A stretch of 64,000 bases of DNA from Octopus bimaculoides (taxonomy: Eukaryota). The stretch lies in NCBI RefSeq assembly GCF_001194135.2, contig NC_068990.1:34147862-34211861 (forward strand), read 5' to 3'. The first letter of the stretch is position 1. Every line of letters begins with the position of its first letter. The notes under the pieces are model-generated. The model was given only the letters and a program-made list of their open reading frames with translations. It was not told the DNA's origin and ran no database searches. Below are positions 47,830 to 60,952 of this stretch, one piece after another. A program made the translations under genes and the position numbers.

Positions 47830-48900
47830 AGAAAACAGATAAATTAGTATAGAATGCCCTCTGGAAGTCAAAGCCTCATTGAAAGGATGATAAACCGAAG
47901 ATGCAGATTGATAAATCCTATAAAAAGTGAAATTGGCATCATTTGCAGATTTATTCTAGATAATATCATATGACATATTAGAGCCACCTTAAATCTTAAC
48001 CACTAGATATATATAACAGTACTACCATTGAGTGGTTTAAGGAAATCAAAGGTGATCCAAAAATCCCCTTCTACAAGTATTTAGTGAAATGTACACTGCC
48101 ATCAAAATGAAGAAAATCGTAATTTTTATTTTTTCACAATAACACCCTTAGGGGAAAAAAGGAATGGCAATGAACTATTTAATATTGCTATGAAGAACTA
48201 TGATGGAGCAGAGGTAGCAGATCTGGTTTACCGTTTCATCCTACATATATTTAAGAATGAAATAAAAGATGCAAAGATAGGGTTGTATAGAGATAATGTC
48301 TAAGAGTAGAACATAAGAATAGTCCCTATTTGGACAAGATAAGAAAAAAGTTATGCAAGATAATTAACCAATTCAATTAAAAAATTGCAATTAGTACTAA
48401 TCTTAAGCTAATTTCCAAGATACTAATATGAATCTTAGCATAGACCACTGAGGATACCTCTAACAGTGATAGAGGCTCTAATAGTCAATCACCAATAATT
48501 AAACAATTAGTTAAAAGCGTAAGTGAGCATATTTTCAAACTATCCTTTGATGAATCAACCTTGAAATTGGCAGCCCTGTATTACAACATTGAATTAGAAC
48601 GATATAACATTAAGTTCAATATAACCTATATCAAACCAAATTTCGATAAACCAAAAAGATGTAGGTGTAGAAAAATCCTCCATCCAGCATACAAGGAACA
48701 TAGCTAGACAATTCTTACAAGGAACATAGCTAGACACTTTTTACATTCACATAAGTACCATAAGATCTTTAATAGAAATACATTTAAAATCAGGTATAGT
48801 TGCACTACCACCACCAACATAGGCTCAGTTTTTTATCACAATACAAACCATAGCATTAAGAACACCCCACATACCTCTAATAACTCCTATAGCGGTCCAC
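47830..48900 (+). mobile_element. Penelope-like element, Naiad-type RT remnant
   Basis: LINPIKSEIG; YDGAEVADLV (48199-48228) in frame with IGLYRDN (48277); IIKQLVKSVS; HKYHKIFNRNTFKIRYSC (48750-48803). Confidence 0.7.
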
Positions 48901-49224
48901 TGAATAAAAAGTAGTTGGAAAAAATAACCACAAAACAATGGTATACACATGAACATATATCCACAAAAGTGCAGGTGTGAGATGCATGTTGCATAAATTT
49001 TTATATAAGGGTATGTCTTGATCTATTTGAAGAGTGAAGTTAAACTATATTTGATGCAGAACCCACACAGACATTTTACCAAAACTTGCAGAGAATCCAG
49101 TGTAACACAAATTACTCACCAAATAAGTTACCTCCATACCACCAAATATTTGGCACCTTGATGGGAATGATGATGATATGCATATAGATATATACAGATA
49201 TACACACACGCACACATATATAGG

Positions 49225-49402
49225 TGCAGGTGTGGCTGTGTGATAAGTTTGCTCCCCAGCCATATGGTTCCATATTGTCACACTGCATGGCACCTTGGGC
49301 AAGTGTCTTCTGTTATAGCCCAGGGTCAACCAGAGCCTTGTGAGTAAATTTGGTAAACAGAAACTGAAAGAAGCCTATTACATATGTGTGTGTGTGTATG
49401 TG

Positions 49403-49435
<33 letters not shown>

Positions 49436-49620
49436 CTTTTCGTATTTGTCCACTGGCTTAACAACTGATACTAGCGCATTTACATTCCTGTAACTTAGCA
49501 GTTTGGTAAAAGCAACAAATAAAACAGGAAATAAGTACTGGTGTCAATTTGTTTAACCCAAACCCTTCAAGGTGTTGCCCCAACACGGCTGCAATTCAAT
49601 GATTGAAACAAGTAAAAGAT
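49225..49620 (+). mobile_element. SINE family A, older copy
   Basis: Head, CCTTGGGCAAGTGTCTTC core and GAAACAAGTAAAAGATAAAAG tail. Confidence 0.85.
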
Positions 49621-49775
49621 AAAAGTGTGTGTACCATGTGTGTGTGTGAATGTAAATAGGTACATAGGAATGTATGAGTACACACACACACACATGCATA
49701 TATACATACATAAATACCATACAGACAGTCACATACTATAAATACATAAGTAGAGAAACACATAAGTAGAGAACA

Positions 49776-49820
<45 letters not shown>

Positions 49821-49989
49821 TCTGTGAGTATACAGGTGTAAAACAAGGTGGAGGAAACAGTACTCAAATACCAAACCCAGTGTAAAGTATAATACTTTAC
49901 TGGTCAAAACTTCACAAGACATTACTCAAAGTTTAACATAAGTGATCATGAGTCAGAAGTGAACTTTTGAAACAATACATTGGTTTGTA

Positions 49990-52330
49990 AAGGTTTCACA
50001 AATGGTGTAGTGACTGACCAGCCATGCGTTGAACCTAAACCTCCAAGTCAGTGAATAGGGGATGGTGATGTGGGCATAGATAGGAAAGAAGGGAAATCAA
50101 AGTAAATTAAGAGTAAGTGAGTTTAAAGAATACAGAGGTGACGTGGGGAAGTTAGCCAATAGCGATCACAACAGCAATGAAACTGAGGAAAATCTCAGAG
50201 ATGGGGGATGTGAAATGGATAGAGAGGGATGAAGAGAGCTGACAGAAGAGATTGAGAGAGTTTAACCCTTTATTAGAGAAAGAATTGGTGCTGTTAGTCA
50301 TCAATGTAGTGTTCATATAGCTCTGCAGACAGTGAGCTGGGGAAGGTTTTGGGACTCAACATAATCAACAAATAGATTAGTGTATTGAGGCCTATTCTTG
50401 TGACAATGGCCACTTCAGAGATCTCTTGATAGATCTCACTATTGAAGGAGAAACAGGTTTGGTTTGACTTAGCATATGAGATCGGAGACAGAAAAAGAAA
50501 GAGTGGCATGGAGATCAATGAAGTTATGAAGAGTGCACATGACCTCATTGTGAGGAATATGTTGTGTTGGCACTCTGTCGCTTACAATGTCGAGGGTTCC
50601 AGTTGATCCGATCAACGGAACAGCCTGCTTGTGAAATTAACGTGCAAGTGGCTGAGCACTCCACAGACACGTGTACCCTTAACGTAGTTCTCGGAGATAT
50701 TCAGCGTGACACAGTGTGACAAAGCTGACCCTTTGAATTACAGGCACAACGGAAACAGGAAGAAAGAGTGAGAGAAAGTTGTGGTGAAAGAGTACAGCAG
50801 GGTTCACCACCATCCCCTGCTGGAGCCTCGTGGAGCTTTAGGTGTTTTCGCAAAATAAACACTCACAACCGTGATCCTATGACCGCGAGTCCGCTGCCCT
50901 AACCACTGGGCCATTGCACTTCCACTGTGAGAAATAACAGAATATAAAAAAGAAAGAGATGAAGCAATGCTGAAAGGAACTGAGAATGTAGTTAATGCTG
51001 TGAGTATGGAAGCATTGATGACAATAATTTTCATGGCATGAAAGACAGTAGAGAATATTTTGGCTGGGGGGTGATGTTAGTGCCTCAGGAGTGCTTCTGA
51101 AAGTCAAAGCATAATGCACAGCAGCAAAGCTTCTGAGAACACATCTAAGGTAAGATGCTTAAGTGGTCAGGGTCCAACATCTAGTGTAATGGTGGTAAGC
51201 TCAGGTCTATGAAATGATCAAGGTAGTTTGATGCAGGAGTTGCCATAAAAAAAAAGTGTAGTTTTGTACAGCATAAAAATAATGCAGCTACAGTCAGATC
51301 TGAAACTCATCATAGAGAAGCATTAATAGTATAGAAAGCTCCTGTGAAGCATTTGGCTTTGGAGAGAGATAAGTCTGGACAAAGGATGATAATAGCAAGT
51401 GATATGCAGTAGATGGTATAGATGGGAGTCAAGGTGAATGGAATGGGTGGAGGCAGAATGAGTGGGTGCTGAGTGAGCATGGGTGGTGGTGAATGCAAGA
51501 ATGAGGTGGCAGCAAAGAAAGTGTGGTAGGATGAGAAGAAGTGGAACAAGAAGTATGAGAATGGAAAGAGAAGGAAGGGTAGGTAATCGGGATATGGAAT
51601 GGAGGTAATAACAGCTGGAAGGGTATGATGAAGGAATGAGTGAAGTTTGCAAATTTTAACAGAGGGGAGGAAATAGAAAAGCAGATAATTAATATGGTGG
51701 ATAATACATAAAATGGAAAAAGTAAGGAAGTGGGTGGGGGTGGGGTGGGGTTTGGGAAAGGCCCTGGTCAAGGATGCAGAAATGAGAGAGAATGGAATGA
51801 AGGGTGAAAAATGTAATGAAAATGGGAAAATTTGGAAAGGATGGGTAAAGTATGTGGCAGTAATGAGAGTGGAGCTGGAACCATGGGAGATGAGGCAAAG
51901 CTGAAATGGCTGGAATAACACGTCTTGAAGGAGAGGAGATGAGGGAAGCAGAAGCATAGTTTGAAGAAGAAACTGTTTGAGGATGGAATGCAGCAGACAT
52001 AAGAAGGTTTAGAGATTGGGTATATTAGGGAAGAAAGAGGTGAAGAAGAGAAGGGAAAGGAGAAAACAGTTTTTTTTTTAAGTTAAAAAAAAGCTAAAAA
52101 ATGGAGAATAAGGAAAATGGGAGTAAAGAAAGGAAAAGAAAGAAAATGGAAAGGGATATAGAAGGAGAGAGAGAAGGAAAATAAAGCAGTCAAAAAGTAC
52201 AGAAATGTCAAAGATGGTTGCAGGATATTGGTGCAATGCAAAAGGATATTGAATGTAATTCAGGTGGTAATCCAAGATCGAGTCCCAATGTGGAGAAGAG
52301 AAATGGAATTCCAAGATTCAATCCAGAGTA
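49990..52330 (-). mobile_element. Penelope-like element (Neptune/Poseidon-like RT), decayed
   Basis: Minus frame NQTCFSFNSEIYQEISEVAIVTRIG..ELYEHYIDD resembles the PLE RT motifs F.F..Y.Q..G.AMG and RYIDD. The purine-rich upstream boundary is uncertain. Confidence 0.6.
50560..50925 (-). mobile_element. SINE D nested in the PLE
   Basis: Collinear with 21579-21965; TSD TGTGAGGAATA (50549-50559) and TGTGAGAAATA (50926-50936). Confidence 0.92.
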
Positions 52331-52399
52331 ATTCTGTCTAAGCATTGATTACATTATGCTAAGTCAATAGCAGTTTCACAAAAAAAGCAACACAGAAAA

Positions 52400-52982
52400 A
52401 AAAAATCATAAATACACTTGAGAGAAATACCTGAAATTAAAAAGGGAGTGTTTTTATGTTTGCAATATAGATGCTCCATTAGAAAGAAGGGTCATAAGGA
52501 GAAAAACAGTGTGTATTGGGAAAACAGTTAAAAATTTTAGAAAATTCCAAAATTAACAGGGGAAAGGTTAAGTACTAAAACCAAGAAGAATGCTAGGCCC
52601 ATCTAGTAACATTAGTATTTTTCAAATATCTGATAAGAATGTTACAGGTACTCAGGAACAGATAAAAATATTTCCTGTGATGGAACTTGTAACAAGGAGT
52701 GCGTTATCAGTGAATATCACACCAGGGTAAAGAAAATCTGCACATAGGAATTTTATGCATGCAATGACTCAATAGCCTACAATGTGTTTGCCGTACCAGT
52801 GTTCATATTAACAAGAGGGATACTCAATCGGATGCTGTATGAGACCAGGGCTCGTGATGTGAGAACCTGGAAATTATTAACCAATACCAGGAATTTCCAC
52901 ATTAAAAGTGATGTGAATAAAATTTACTTAAGATGTGTAAAAGGTCATAGAAGCTTAACATTGACCCAAACAGCAGCTGAAT
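52400..52982 (+). mobile_element. R4/Dong-clade non-LTR retrotransposon RT-thumb fragment
   Basis: FAVPV..G.L....RDVRTWKLLTN..NFHIKSDVNKIYLRCVKGHRSL matches the R4-type H.KSDV.RLYL.R..GGRGL pattern. Confidence 0.7.
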
Positions 52983-52987
52983 GATGC

Positions 52988-53030
<43 letters not shown>

Positions 53031-53523
53031 CACAAGCATTCTTTAGTTTCTGTTAAATCTACTCATAAGGCTTTAGTTGACCCAGGGCTAGAGTTGAAGA
53101 CATTTGCCCAAGATGTTGTTCAGCATACTGAATCTCAAACCATGTTCTTTGGAAATGAGTGCCTTAACCATATACCCAGGTGTGTACCTCTGTGTATGTG
53201 TGTGTGTGTGTGTATAAATATATAGATACAAATTTAAGAATAGAACAAAAAAAAAACAGGACAAAACAACAAAAGTTAATTGGGCACAATGAGTGTATTA
53301 GACTGAAGCTTAGTGTAAGTTTCTGATGAAAAAAAAGAAGTGGAAAAATGTTTTTAGCACGACACTTCATCAAATAGAGGAAAATGTCCAGAGAAGAGGA
53401 AAAGGAGGACGGAGCTGACAGTCCTGAGGAAAGCATGTGGTCAAAAAATAACTGACCAGAAATTATAGAGAGATAGAAAATGTGGGTTTTTAAAGCAGGA
53501 GAGAACATAATCAGCCACTCTGT

Positions 53524-53559
<36 letters not shown>

Positions 53560-53761
53560 GTGCACATATATATGCGAAATGTATAACGGCATAGATGTGG
53601 GTGTGTTATTGGTTGTACAGGTGTGCATATGTGTATGTATGCATGTGTGAGCACATGTGGATGCATGTACATTAGTGCAAGCACAAATGCATTTAAAATG
53701 CATGTATAGGTATGTGTATATAAGTATGTACATTTTTGCATGTGTTTGAATATGAGTGCAA

Positions 53762-53810
<49 letters not shown>

Positions 53811-54401
53811 CAGACAGGGTATATGCATGTGTGAATGTGTGTGCATATATATTTTCATGCTCCAATAATACATTAACTGGACAAGCTTGTATAGCAAGCC
53901 ATGTATGATCCTGCAATATTTCAAGCCCAACATAAACAGCTGTTCTCTGAGAAAAAGCAATAAAGGATGAGAAAAAAAAGATACAAAACTGAGAAAAAGA
54001 AAGCTTAGAAGGAAGATAAGAGTTGTGTCCCTTTGGCTCATCATTATTGCAATTATCAATTGTTGGTGAGGCTAATTTGACAGAGAAACAGCAAAGTTTG
54101 TAAGACTGTATACCTAATCTGGAAAGGGTGGTGTTTTCCAGTTTCATGAGTAGAAACATACTAAGATGCTTGCATTTTGTGAACATCTCCAATCTCAAGT
54201 TCAGGAGATTGGTGGAATTATTAGATTTAAGAAAGAAATGAGTTCTTTCAGCTATACAAAACCTATACCTCTTTGACCAATTGACATATGATGTGAATTG
54301 CCCAATAAGGGTTCAATTGAGGAAGGGAAGGGGCTTCATGTCCAAAATTTGGTTTTCTTCTTGTTTATGTGCCAGAAAGAAGACTGGTGGTTGGAACTCA
54401 C

Positions 54402-54555
54402 TTTCACATAGTCCAACTATTTTTTCTCTTTCAGTTTTGTTATTTGGTAGAACTGAGGGGATTTCAGTTTCATATACATCTGAGCCAATCATGCATGCCC
54501 AGACAAGTAGGAAGGCAGAAAGGTTTCTGAAGTTACATTTTAGTGTTGGTGTAAC
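54402..54555 (-). other. Candidate 154-nt coding exon of unknown gene
   Basis: TTATTCCATGTAG| VTPTLKCNFRNLSAFLLVWACMIGSDVYETEIPSVLPNNKTEREKIVGLCE +A |GTGAGT; open only in phase 0. Confidence 0.25.
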
Positions 54556-55273
54556 CTACATGGAATAATGCTTTGCATGTTGAAACACTAATTGTAAGAA
54601 ACATTCACAGAATGTCTATTAAGAATGTTCTTATACCTATGGCTATATCCAGAAATGCTTGTCTATCAGCACTAAGAATTTTCTACCTGTGTTTTTCTTA
54701 ACATTCAAGGAGAAAGATGTATGTGTTTGTGTGTGTAGAGCAGAGGGAGCAACCATATAATATTCCTGAGTCTATTCAGAAAACAGTCAATCTTATCAGA
54801 TCTTTTGGCCAACACTAAACATTTAGTAAAGGGGAGGATATCTTTGTACAAGCATGATAAAGTCAAGGCCTGTGTGGCCAATGTTTTCTAGTGAACTCGA
54901 CTTCCTTATCCAGCATGGAGTTCTCATTATCAAGGGATAAAAATCTACAAAATCACATCGTGTGAATCTAGCTGTATACCAGTCATTTATATCATTAAGC
55001 CAGTCTATGACAGTGTTGTTATTTTCCCATTACTGTAATTTAATAATCTTATTAATTTGATTATTATTATGTCTTAGTTTGAATTTTTTAGTTTTTGTTT
55101 TAAAATTTTTTGGTTGCTAAGCCAATTTCAGTTCTAGTCTACAAGTGAGCTTATTTCTAAAGTTGGGTTTGTAATCTTTAAAATTACGAAGGTTTCTTTT
55201 TAGTTAAGCATTCTAACCTATCATCAACTTTATTTTGTTTAACAATAAGTTTGTATTCATCATNNNNNNNNNN

Positions 55274-55304
<31 letters not shown>

Positions 55305-55319
55305 CACACACACACATAC

Positions 55320-57400
55320 ATATCATGCCGGCCCCAAGCCTAGAGGAAGAAGTAAGGGGTGGTTGGACACCCAAGCTAGTAATTCAGCTGTAAAAATTAA
55401 GAATCATTAAAGAAACAGCACCAAAAATTTACAAGAATGGACAACATGAGGAGGAAGGTGCTGGAGAAACACCATTTATGGTGGGCCCTAATGTAGGCTG
55501 AAAGTAAGTTAAAGCCCCACAAAAGCCTGATTCTGAATACCAAAGCCACAGCAAAGATCAGAACTCAGAATGTACAAACAGTGTACTAAACTGGAAGACT
55601 TGGGCCAACTTTTGAGAGAATTTGATGGATACCAGCTGGACATCTTAGGCATTAGTGAAATGAAGTGGACAGGTAGTGGAGAGACTCTCCTGTATTACAG
55701 TCATGAAGACAAGCACATGCACAGTGTAGGCATGGTGCTTAACAAAGAAGCACCAAGTGGAAACTAGTAAATGAGTGAATTGTCACTGTGAGATTCCAAT
55801 CACCACCATTGTGATGGCCTCTGCGCCAATTGAAGATACTGATGATGCAACAAAAGATGCTTTCTATAGGCAGCTTCAAGACAAATTCAATGATATCTCC
55901 AGTTACGATGTCAAGCTGCTGATTGGTGACATGAGTGTGCAACTCCACAACAATAGCAAAGAACTGAACTGTATCAGTGGGCCATTTGGCTGTGCACAAA
56001 GAAATACTGACAAAGATGAATGACTGGCTTTTCTGTAATATCAATAGCCTGAACATCAGCAACAAAGTTTTTCAAACATAAGTGGATCCATGAGTCAGCT
56101 TGAACCCTGGTCAATGAAAGAAAAAGAAAGCAAAGGATGAAGGAGACAGAACAACAACAAAACAGATAGGAAAGAACAGATACTGCCAATTGGGAACAGG
56201 ATCAGCCAGTCAAAGGGCACTGTTGCAGAGACAAGTGCAAGAGGCAAAAGAAGTAGCCAGAGAAAAATTATGCAAAGACTCTGTTCTCATTTGCTTCTGT
56301 ACAATGTGGTACAAAGAGCAATGCAAATATTCCAATAAAAGGCAAGAATGGTAAGATCTTGGTAGTGGATGGGGAAGCAACACTGGAAATGGATGGAACA
56401 TTTTCAGGAAACACTCAATCAGTCAGCCTCAACTATGTTTGGTTTCACCTAGAGACCAGTAACTGCACCTCTTGAAATGTGATGGCAAAATTGAGGAAAA
56501 GGAAATGAGAGATGCTATCAAAACCAGGAAAAACAAGACTGTAGGACTAGAAGAGATCTCTACAAAATTGTTGCAGCATGGTGGGGGCATTATGACTGTG
56601 GCATTGACAACATTGGTGAATCACTATTAGCAGGAAGCATACGGCCATCAAGATTGGTAGCAAGGGATGAGTGTGAAATTGCAGGAGAAGAGAAATGTAG
56701 CAGACTATAACTAATGAAGAGGTATCACGCTACTGTTGATCCTGGGCAAGGAGTTTTACAAAGTGCATCCGAGAAGGCTATGACGAGCATTGGATTATGT
56801 TCTGTGTGAAGACCGGGTTGACTTCAGGAGCAACTGGTCGAGCACAGAACAGATTTTCAGTCTACTGAACATCACTGAGCAGTGCTTTGAATACCCAGAC
56901 AGAAGCCACTGGATGTTAGTTTCATTACAACCACAAGTGTGCAAAAGGAATTCCTCTGAAACAATGTCATGTCATGTCATAAAGCATCTTGCATCACTAT
57001 CAACATCTTCAAAAGTTTACACAATAACACAAGCTATTGCATAAAAACTGAATCTGAAATGACAGAGGTCTTCAGTATTGTCTCCTGAGTCAGGCAAGGT
57101 TACATATGTTCTCCTCTGCAGGCTCTGCTGACTGCTGACTTTCTCTTGAAAAAGACTGACCCTGCTTTCTCTATGGATTCCAGACTTTACTGATGACATG
57201 ACATTGATAGCACACAACAGTGAAAATCTGAAAAGAGCTGAAAACATCACTGCAACAAAGACAAATGTGATGAAGTCCAATAACAGCGACCAAGAAATAG
57301 CTATCAAAACTGAAAAGCACAACATACAAGAAGTGAACCAATTCACCAATCAAGAAGTGAACTAATTCACCAGCAGCACTGGTGATGTGGAACTGCAGTA
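55320..57400 (+). mobile_element. RTE (BovB-like) LINE, decayed and internally deleted, 5' UTR to RT
   Basis: APE motifs LDILGISEMKWTGSGE and KDAFYRQLQ..LLIGDMS; RT motifs DFRSNWSSTEQIFSL and DFTDDMTL. Confidence 0.88.
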
Positions 57401-57649
57401 GCAGTGTTCCAGCATATGGAACATGTGCATGTGGCTATGCATATGTGTGTGTATGCATGCATGTATATATGGTTATATGTGTGCATATACACCCAGAACC
57501 ACGCTAATAACTTAGGAGTGAAATTTAGGATTTCTCAGTTTTCTGTAAATCGGTTTTCATAAAACTTTTCCCACCTGGTTTGCACACTAACGCAACACCA
57601 TTGTTATGTTTTCATTATTCTGTGTAACATACTTTCTTTTTTATTGCAG

Positions 57650-57732
57650 ATTCTTCAGTTTTGGGGTGAACCATGCTAATAGGTTTTGAATGAAAATAGC
57701 CAATCTAGACATTTTTTTTCAGAAGATGAAGG
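57650..57732 (+). other. Candidate exon with strong splice sites (possible start MKIANLDIFFQKMK at 57690)
   Basis: CTTTCTTTTTTATTGCAG| ... AAGG|GTAATG; an internal alternative acceptor TTTTTTTTCAG at 57722 would give a 10-nt microexon. Confidence 0.22.
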
Positions 57733-58094
57733 GTAATGATACATATTAAGAATACATTGAGTATGCTTAATATATTTAACAGAAAACCATAATAATATTA
57801 TAACATTTATTGACATAATGAATTATTTAGCCATATAAGTGCCATTAAGTATTTAATGTACACAGTATAAAGATATGAGCTATTAAAAGTTTCATGCATT
57901 GGAGACACAATCATGCTATAAAAACCTATCTAGAATTATATTTTCAGGGCTCATATCTTTATGATATGTACATTAAATGATGTGTGTGTAAACACAGTTA
58001 TATACATACATGTGTGTGTGTGCAAATATATATACATATACACATACACACACACATCTGAAGGCTAAAATCGTAGCAACACATTATGACCAAC

Positions 58095-58560
58095 ACATCA
58101 ACATCATCATTTAATGTCCACTTTCCAAGCTGGCATGGGTTGGACGGTTTGACTGAGGGCTGGCAAGCCAGATGGCTGCACTAGGCTCCAATCTTATCTA
58201 GCAGAGTTTCTACAGTTGGATGCCCTTCCTAACGCCAACCACTCCGAGAGTGTAGTGGGTGCTTTTACTTGCCACCAGCACGAGGGCCAGTCAGATGGTA
58301 CTGGCAACAGCCATGCTCAAATGGTGTTTTTACATGCCACCTGCACAGGAGCCAGTCCAACGGCATTGGCAACAACCTCGCTCAAAAGTTGTTTTTTATG
58401 TGCCACCAGCACAAGTGCCAGTAAGGCAAAACTGGTAACGATCATGCCTGAATGGGACTTTTTACATGCCACCAGCACGGGAGCCAGTCAGCAGCCCTGG
58501 CAATGATCACACTCAGATGGTGGTCTTAGCACTCCACTAGCACGGATGCCAGTCATAAGG
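58095..58560 (-). mobile_element. RTE 3'UTR-type element with subrepeats
   Basis: Reverse-orientation homologue of about 38150-38527 with repeated TGCCACCAGCAC units. More old tails lie at about 61690-61990. Confidence 0.85.
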
Positions 58561-58844
58561 TGCTGTCATCAAATTTGATGTCATAATAATAATAATATAT
58601 ATATTCTCTGATTTAAAGCGACATTTATATATAAATTGACTGAAAAATGATGAGCTAACCCTAGTCAGAATCGAACCAACATACCAAGAAGGTTTGTTTA
58701 TAAATATTATATATATAATACATGCTTACTATGGACTTCCGCTAATGCATGCTCTATGATATACAGTAACTGGCCGGAGTTAGCTGCAGCATACCTACAC
58801 ATACGTGTCCTAACATATTTCTATTCTCATGACTTTCAGAAAAG

Positions 58845-59215
58845 CTTCAGATGGTGTAGATTCCGATTATATTGGAATTTCTTGTGAAATACATTTCCCC
58901 CTGCAAAAAAATGTGACATGTGTCAGTTATGTATTTTAAAATTCGAATATGATTATATTTTACACACTCTGAATGGTATTTGTCAAAATTTGCATTCAAA
59001 ATACCCATTATTCTGAAAGTTATGAGGAAACAAAGCCATCTGTAAGTTTTCTGAAACACCTCTCCCCACTGTCCTGAAACAAATACTTTTTCACAACTTG
59101 GATATAATTGGAATCCACACCATCTGAAGTACATTTGTAAAAACTTTCATTTAAAACTGTGTTTTTCTGGAAGTTATAAGGAAACAAAATTAGTGGGGCA
59201 CATTTGTGTATGTAT
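58845..59215. mobile_element. DNA-transposon-like fragment with an internal inverted repeat
   Basis: CTTCAGATGGTGTAGATTCCGATTATAT (about 58846-58873) against the reverse complement of ATATAATTGGAATCCACACCATCTGAAG (about 59102-59129). Confidence 0.5.
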
Positions 59216-59807
59216 GCCCATTGATTTAACATAAGTAATTAGATTATATTGTCATTGTCTACATATCAGCTACCTTCAGTTTACTTTCATTTTCTGTGTC
59301 TCAAGATATAATTAGATAACTGCATGTTATATATAAACAAAGAATATACATCTTTTGTTCAGTTTGCATCAAAAGGGTGACAATAATATGAATAAGATTG
59401 ACCCAAATTTTCACTACAAATGCAAATAGGATGACAATATTTATGATGACATTGTGTTTAGTAACAAATACTAACTGTATTAAAAATGCATTGTAGCATG
59501 TGTGTGTGTGTGTGTGTAATAAAATTTATTGGCAGTATTTACATAGTAATTTCTCATTGCTTTATAAATGCCAGTTCTTTTAGCATAATTGCAATTCATC
59601 TTATTGCTTTACTTTACATTTTCCATTATTGATGTTTGAGCTTCATTCAAGTTGCATGTTTTACCAACATTCTTCCCACATGCATGCCATATGTATGCTT
59701 ACACATAGACATAACAGGACATAATAAAATCAAGCCAATGTAAAGCATTCTATACACATACCTCAATATGTATAATACAATAATACCCTACATGTCTTTG
59801 TGTGTGT

Positions 59808-59852
<45 letters not shown>

Positions 59853-60799
59853 NNNNNNNNNNNNNNNNNNNNNNNNNNNNNNNNNNNNNNNNNNNNNNNN
59901 NNNNNNNNNNNNNNNNNNNNNNNNNNNNNNNNNNNNNNNNNNNNNNNNNNNNNNNNNNNNNNNNNNNNNNNNNNNNNNNNNNNNNNNNNNNNNNNNNNNN
60001 NNNNNNNNNNNNNNNNNNNNNNNNNNNNNNNNNNNNNNNNNNNNNNNNNNNNNNNNNNNNNNNNNNNNNNNNNNNNNNNNNNNNNNNNNNNNNNNNNNNN
60101 NNNNNNNNNNNNNNNNNNNNNNNNNNNNNNNNNNNNNNNNNNNNNNNNNNNNNNNNNNNNNNNNNNNNNNNNNNNNNNNNNNNNNNNNNNNNNNNNNNNN
60201 NNNNNNNNNNNNNNNNNNNNNNNNNNNNNNNNNNNNNNNNNNNNNNNNNNNNNNNNNNNNNNNNNNNNNNNNNNNNNNNNNNNNNNNNNNNNNNNNNNNN
60301 NNNNNNNNNNNNNNNNNNNNNNNNNNNNNNNNNNNNNNNNNNNNNNNNNNNNNNNNNNNNNNNNNNNNNNNNNNNNNNNNNNNNNNNNNNNNNNNNNNNN
60401 NNNNNNNNNNNNNNNNNNNNNNNNNNNNNNNNNNNNNNNNNNNNNNNNNNNNNNNNNNNNNNNNNNNNNNNNNNNNNNNNNNNNNNNNNNNNNNNNNNNN
60501 NNNNNNNNNNNNNNNNNNNNNNNNNNNNNNNNNNNNNNNNNNNNNNNNNNNNNNNNNNNNNNNNNNNNNNNNNNNNNNNNNNNNNNNNNNNNNNNNNNNN
60601 NNNNNNNNNNNNNNNNNNNNNNNNNNNNNNNNNNNNNNNNNNNNNNNNNNNNNNNNNNNNNNNNNNNNNNNNNNNNNNNNNTAGTGCATTGTTGTACCAT
60701 TCAAAACTTTTTATACTTTACAAACAATACACAATGCTTCAAGCGAACTACAATACTCTCCTATCTCTAAACATAATATATATATATATATATATATAT

Positions 60800-60952
60800 G
60801 GTTGGCGTTAGGAAGGGCATCCAGCTGTAGAAACTCTGCCAAATTTAGATTGGAGCCTGGTGTTGCCATCCGGTTTCACCAGTCCTCAGTCAAATCGTCC
60901 AACCCATGCTAGCATGGAAAGCGGACGTTAAACGATGATGATGATGATGATG
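60800..60952 (+). mobile_element. RTE 3'UTR-derived repeat, young copy
   Basis: Differs from 18180-18332 by one T indel over the alignable body; abuts (TA)n. Confidence 0.9.

Noticed and set aside
53164-54198. 344-aa minus-strand ORF
   Set aside because: Most of it is (CA)n/(TA)n and other low-complexity sequence (HTHT, YIYI). Only the part above about 54050 is kept as a weak candidate.
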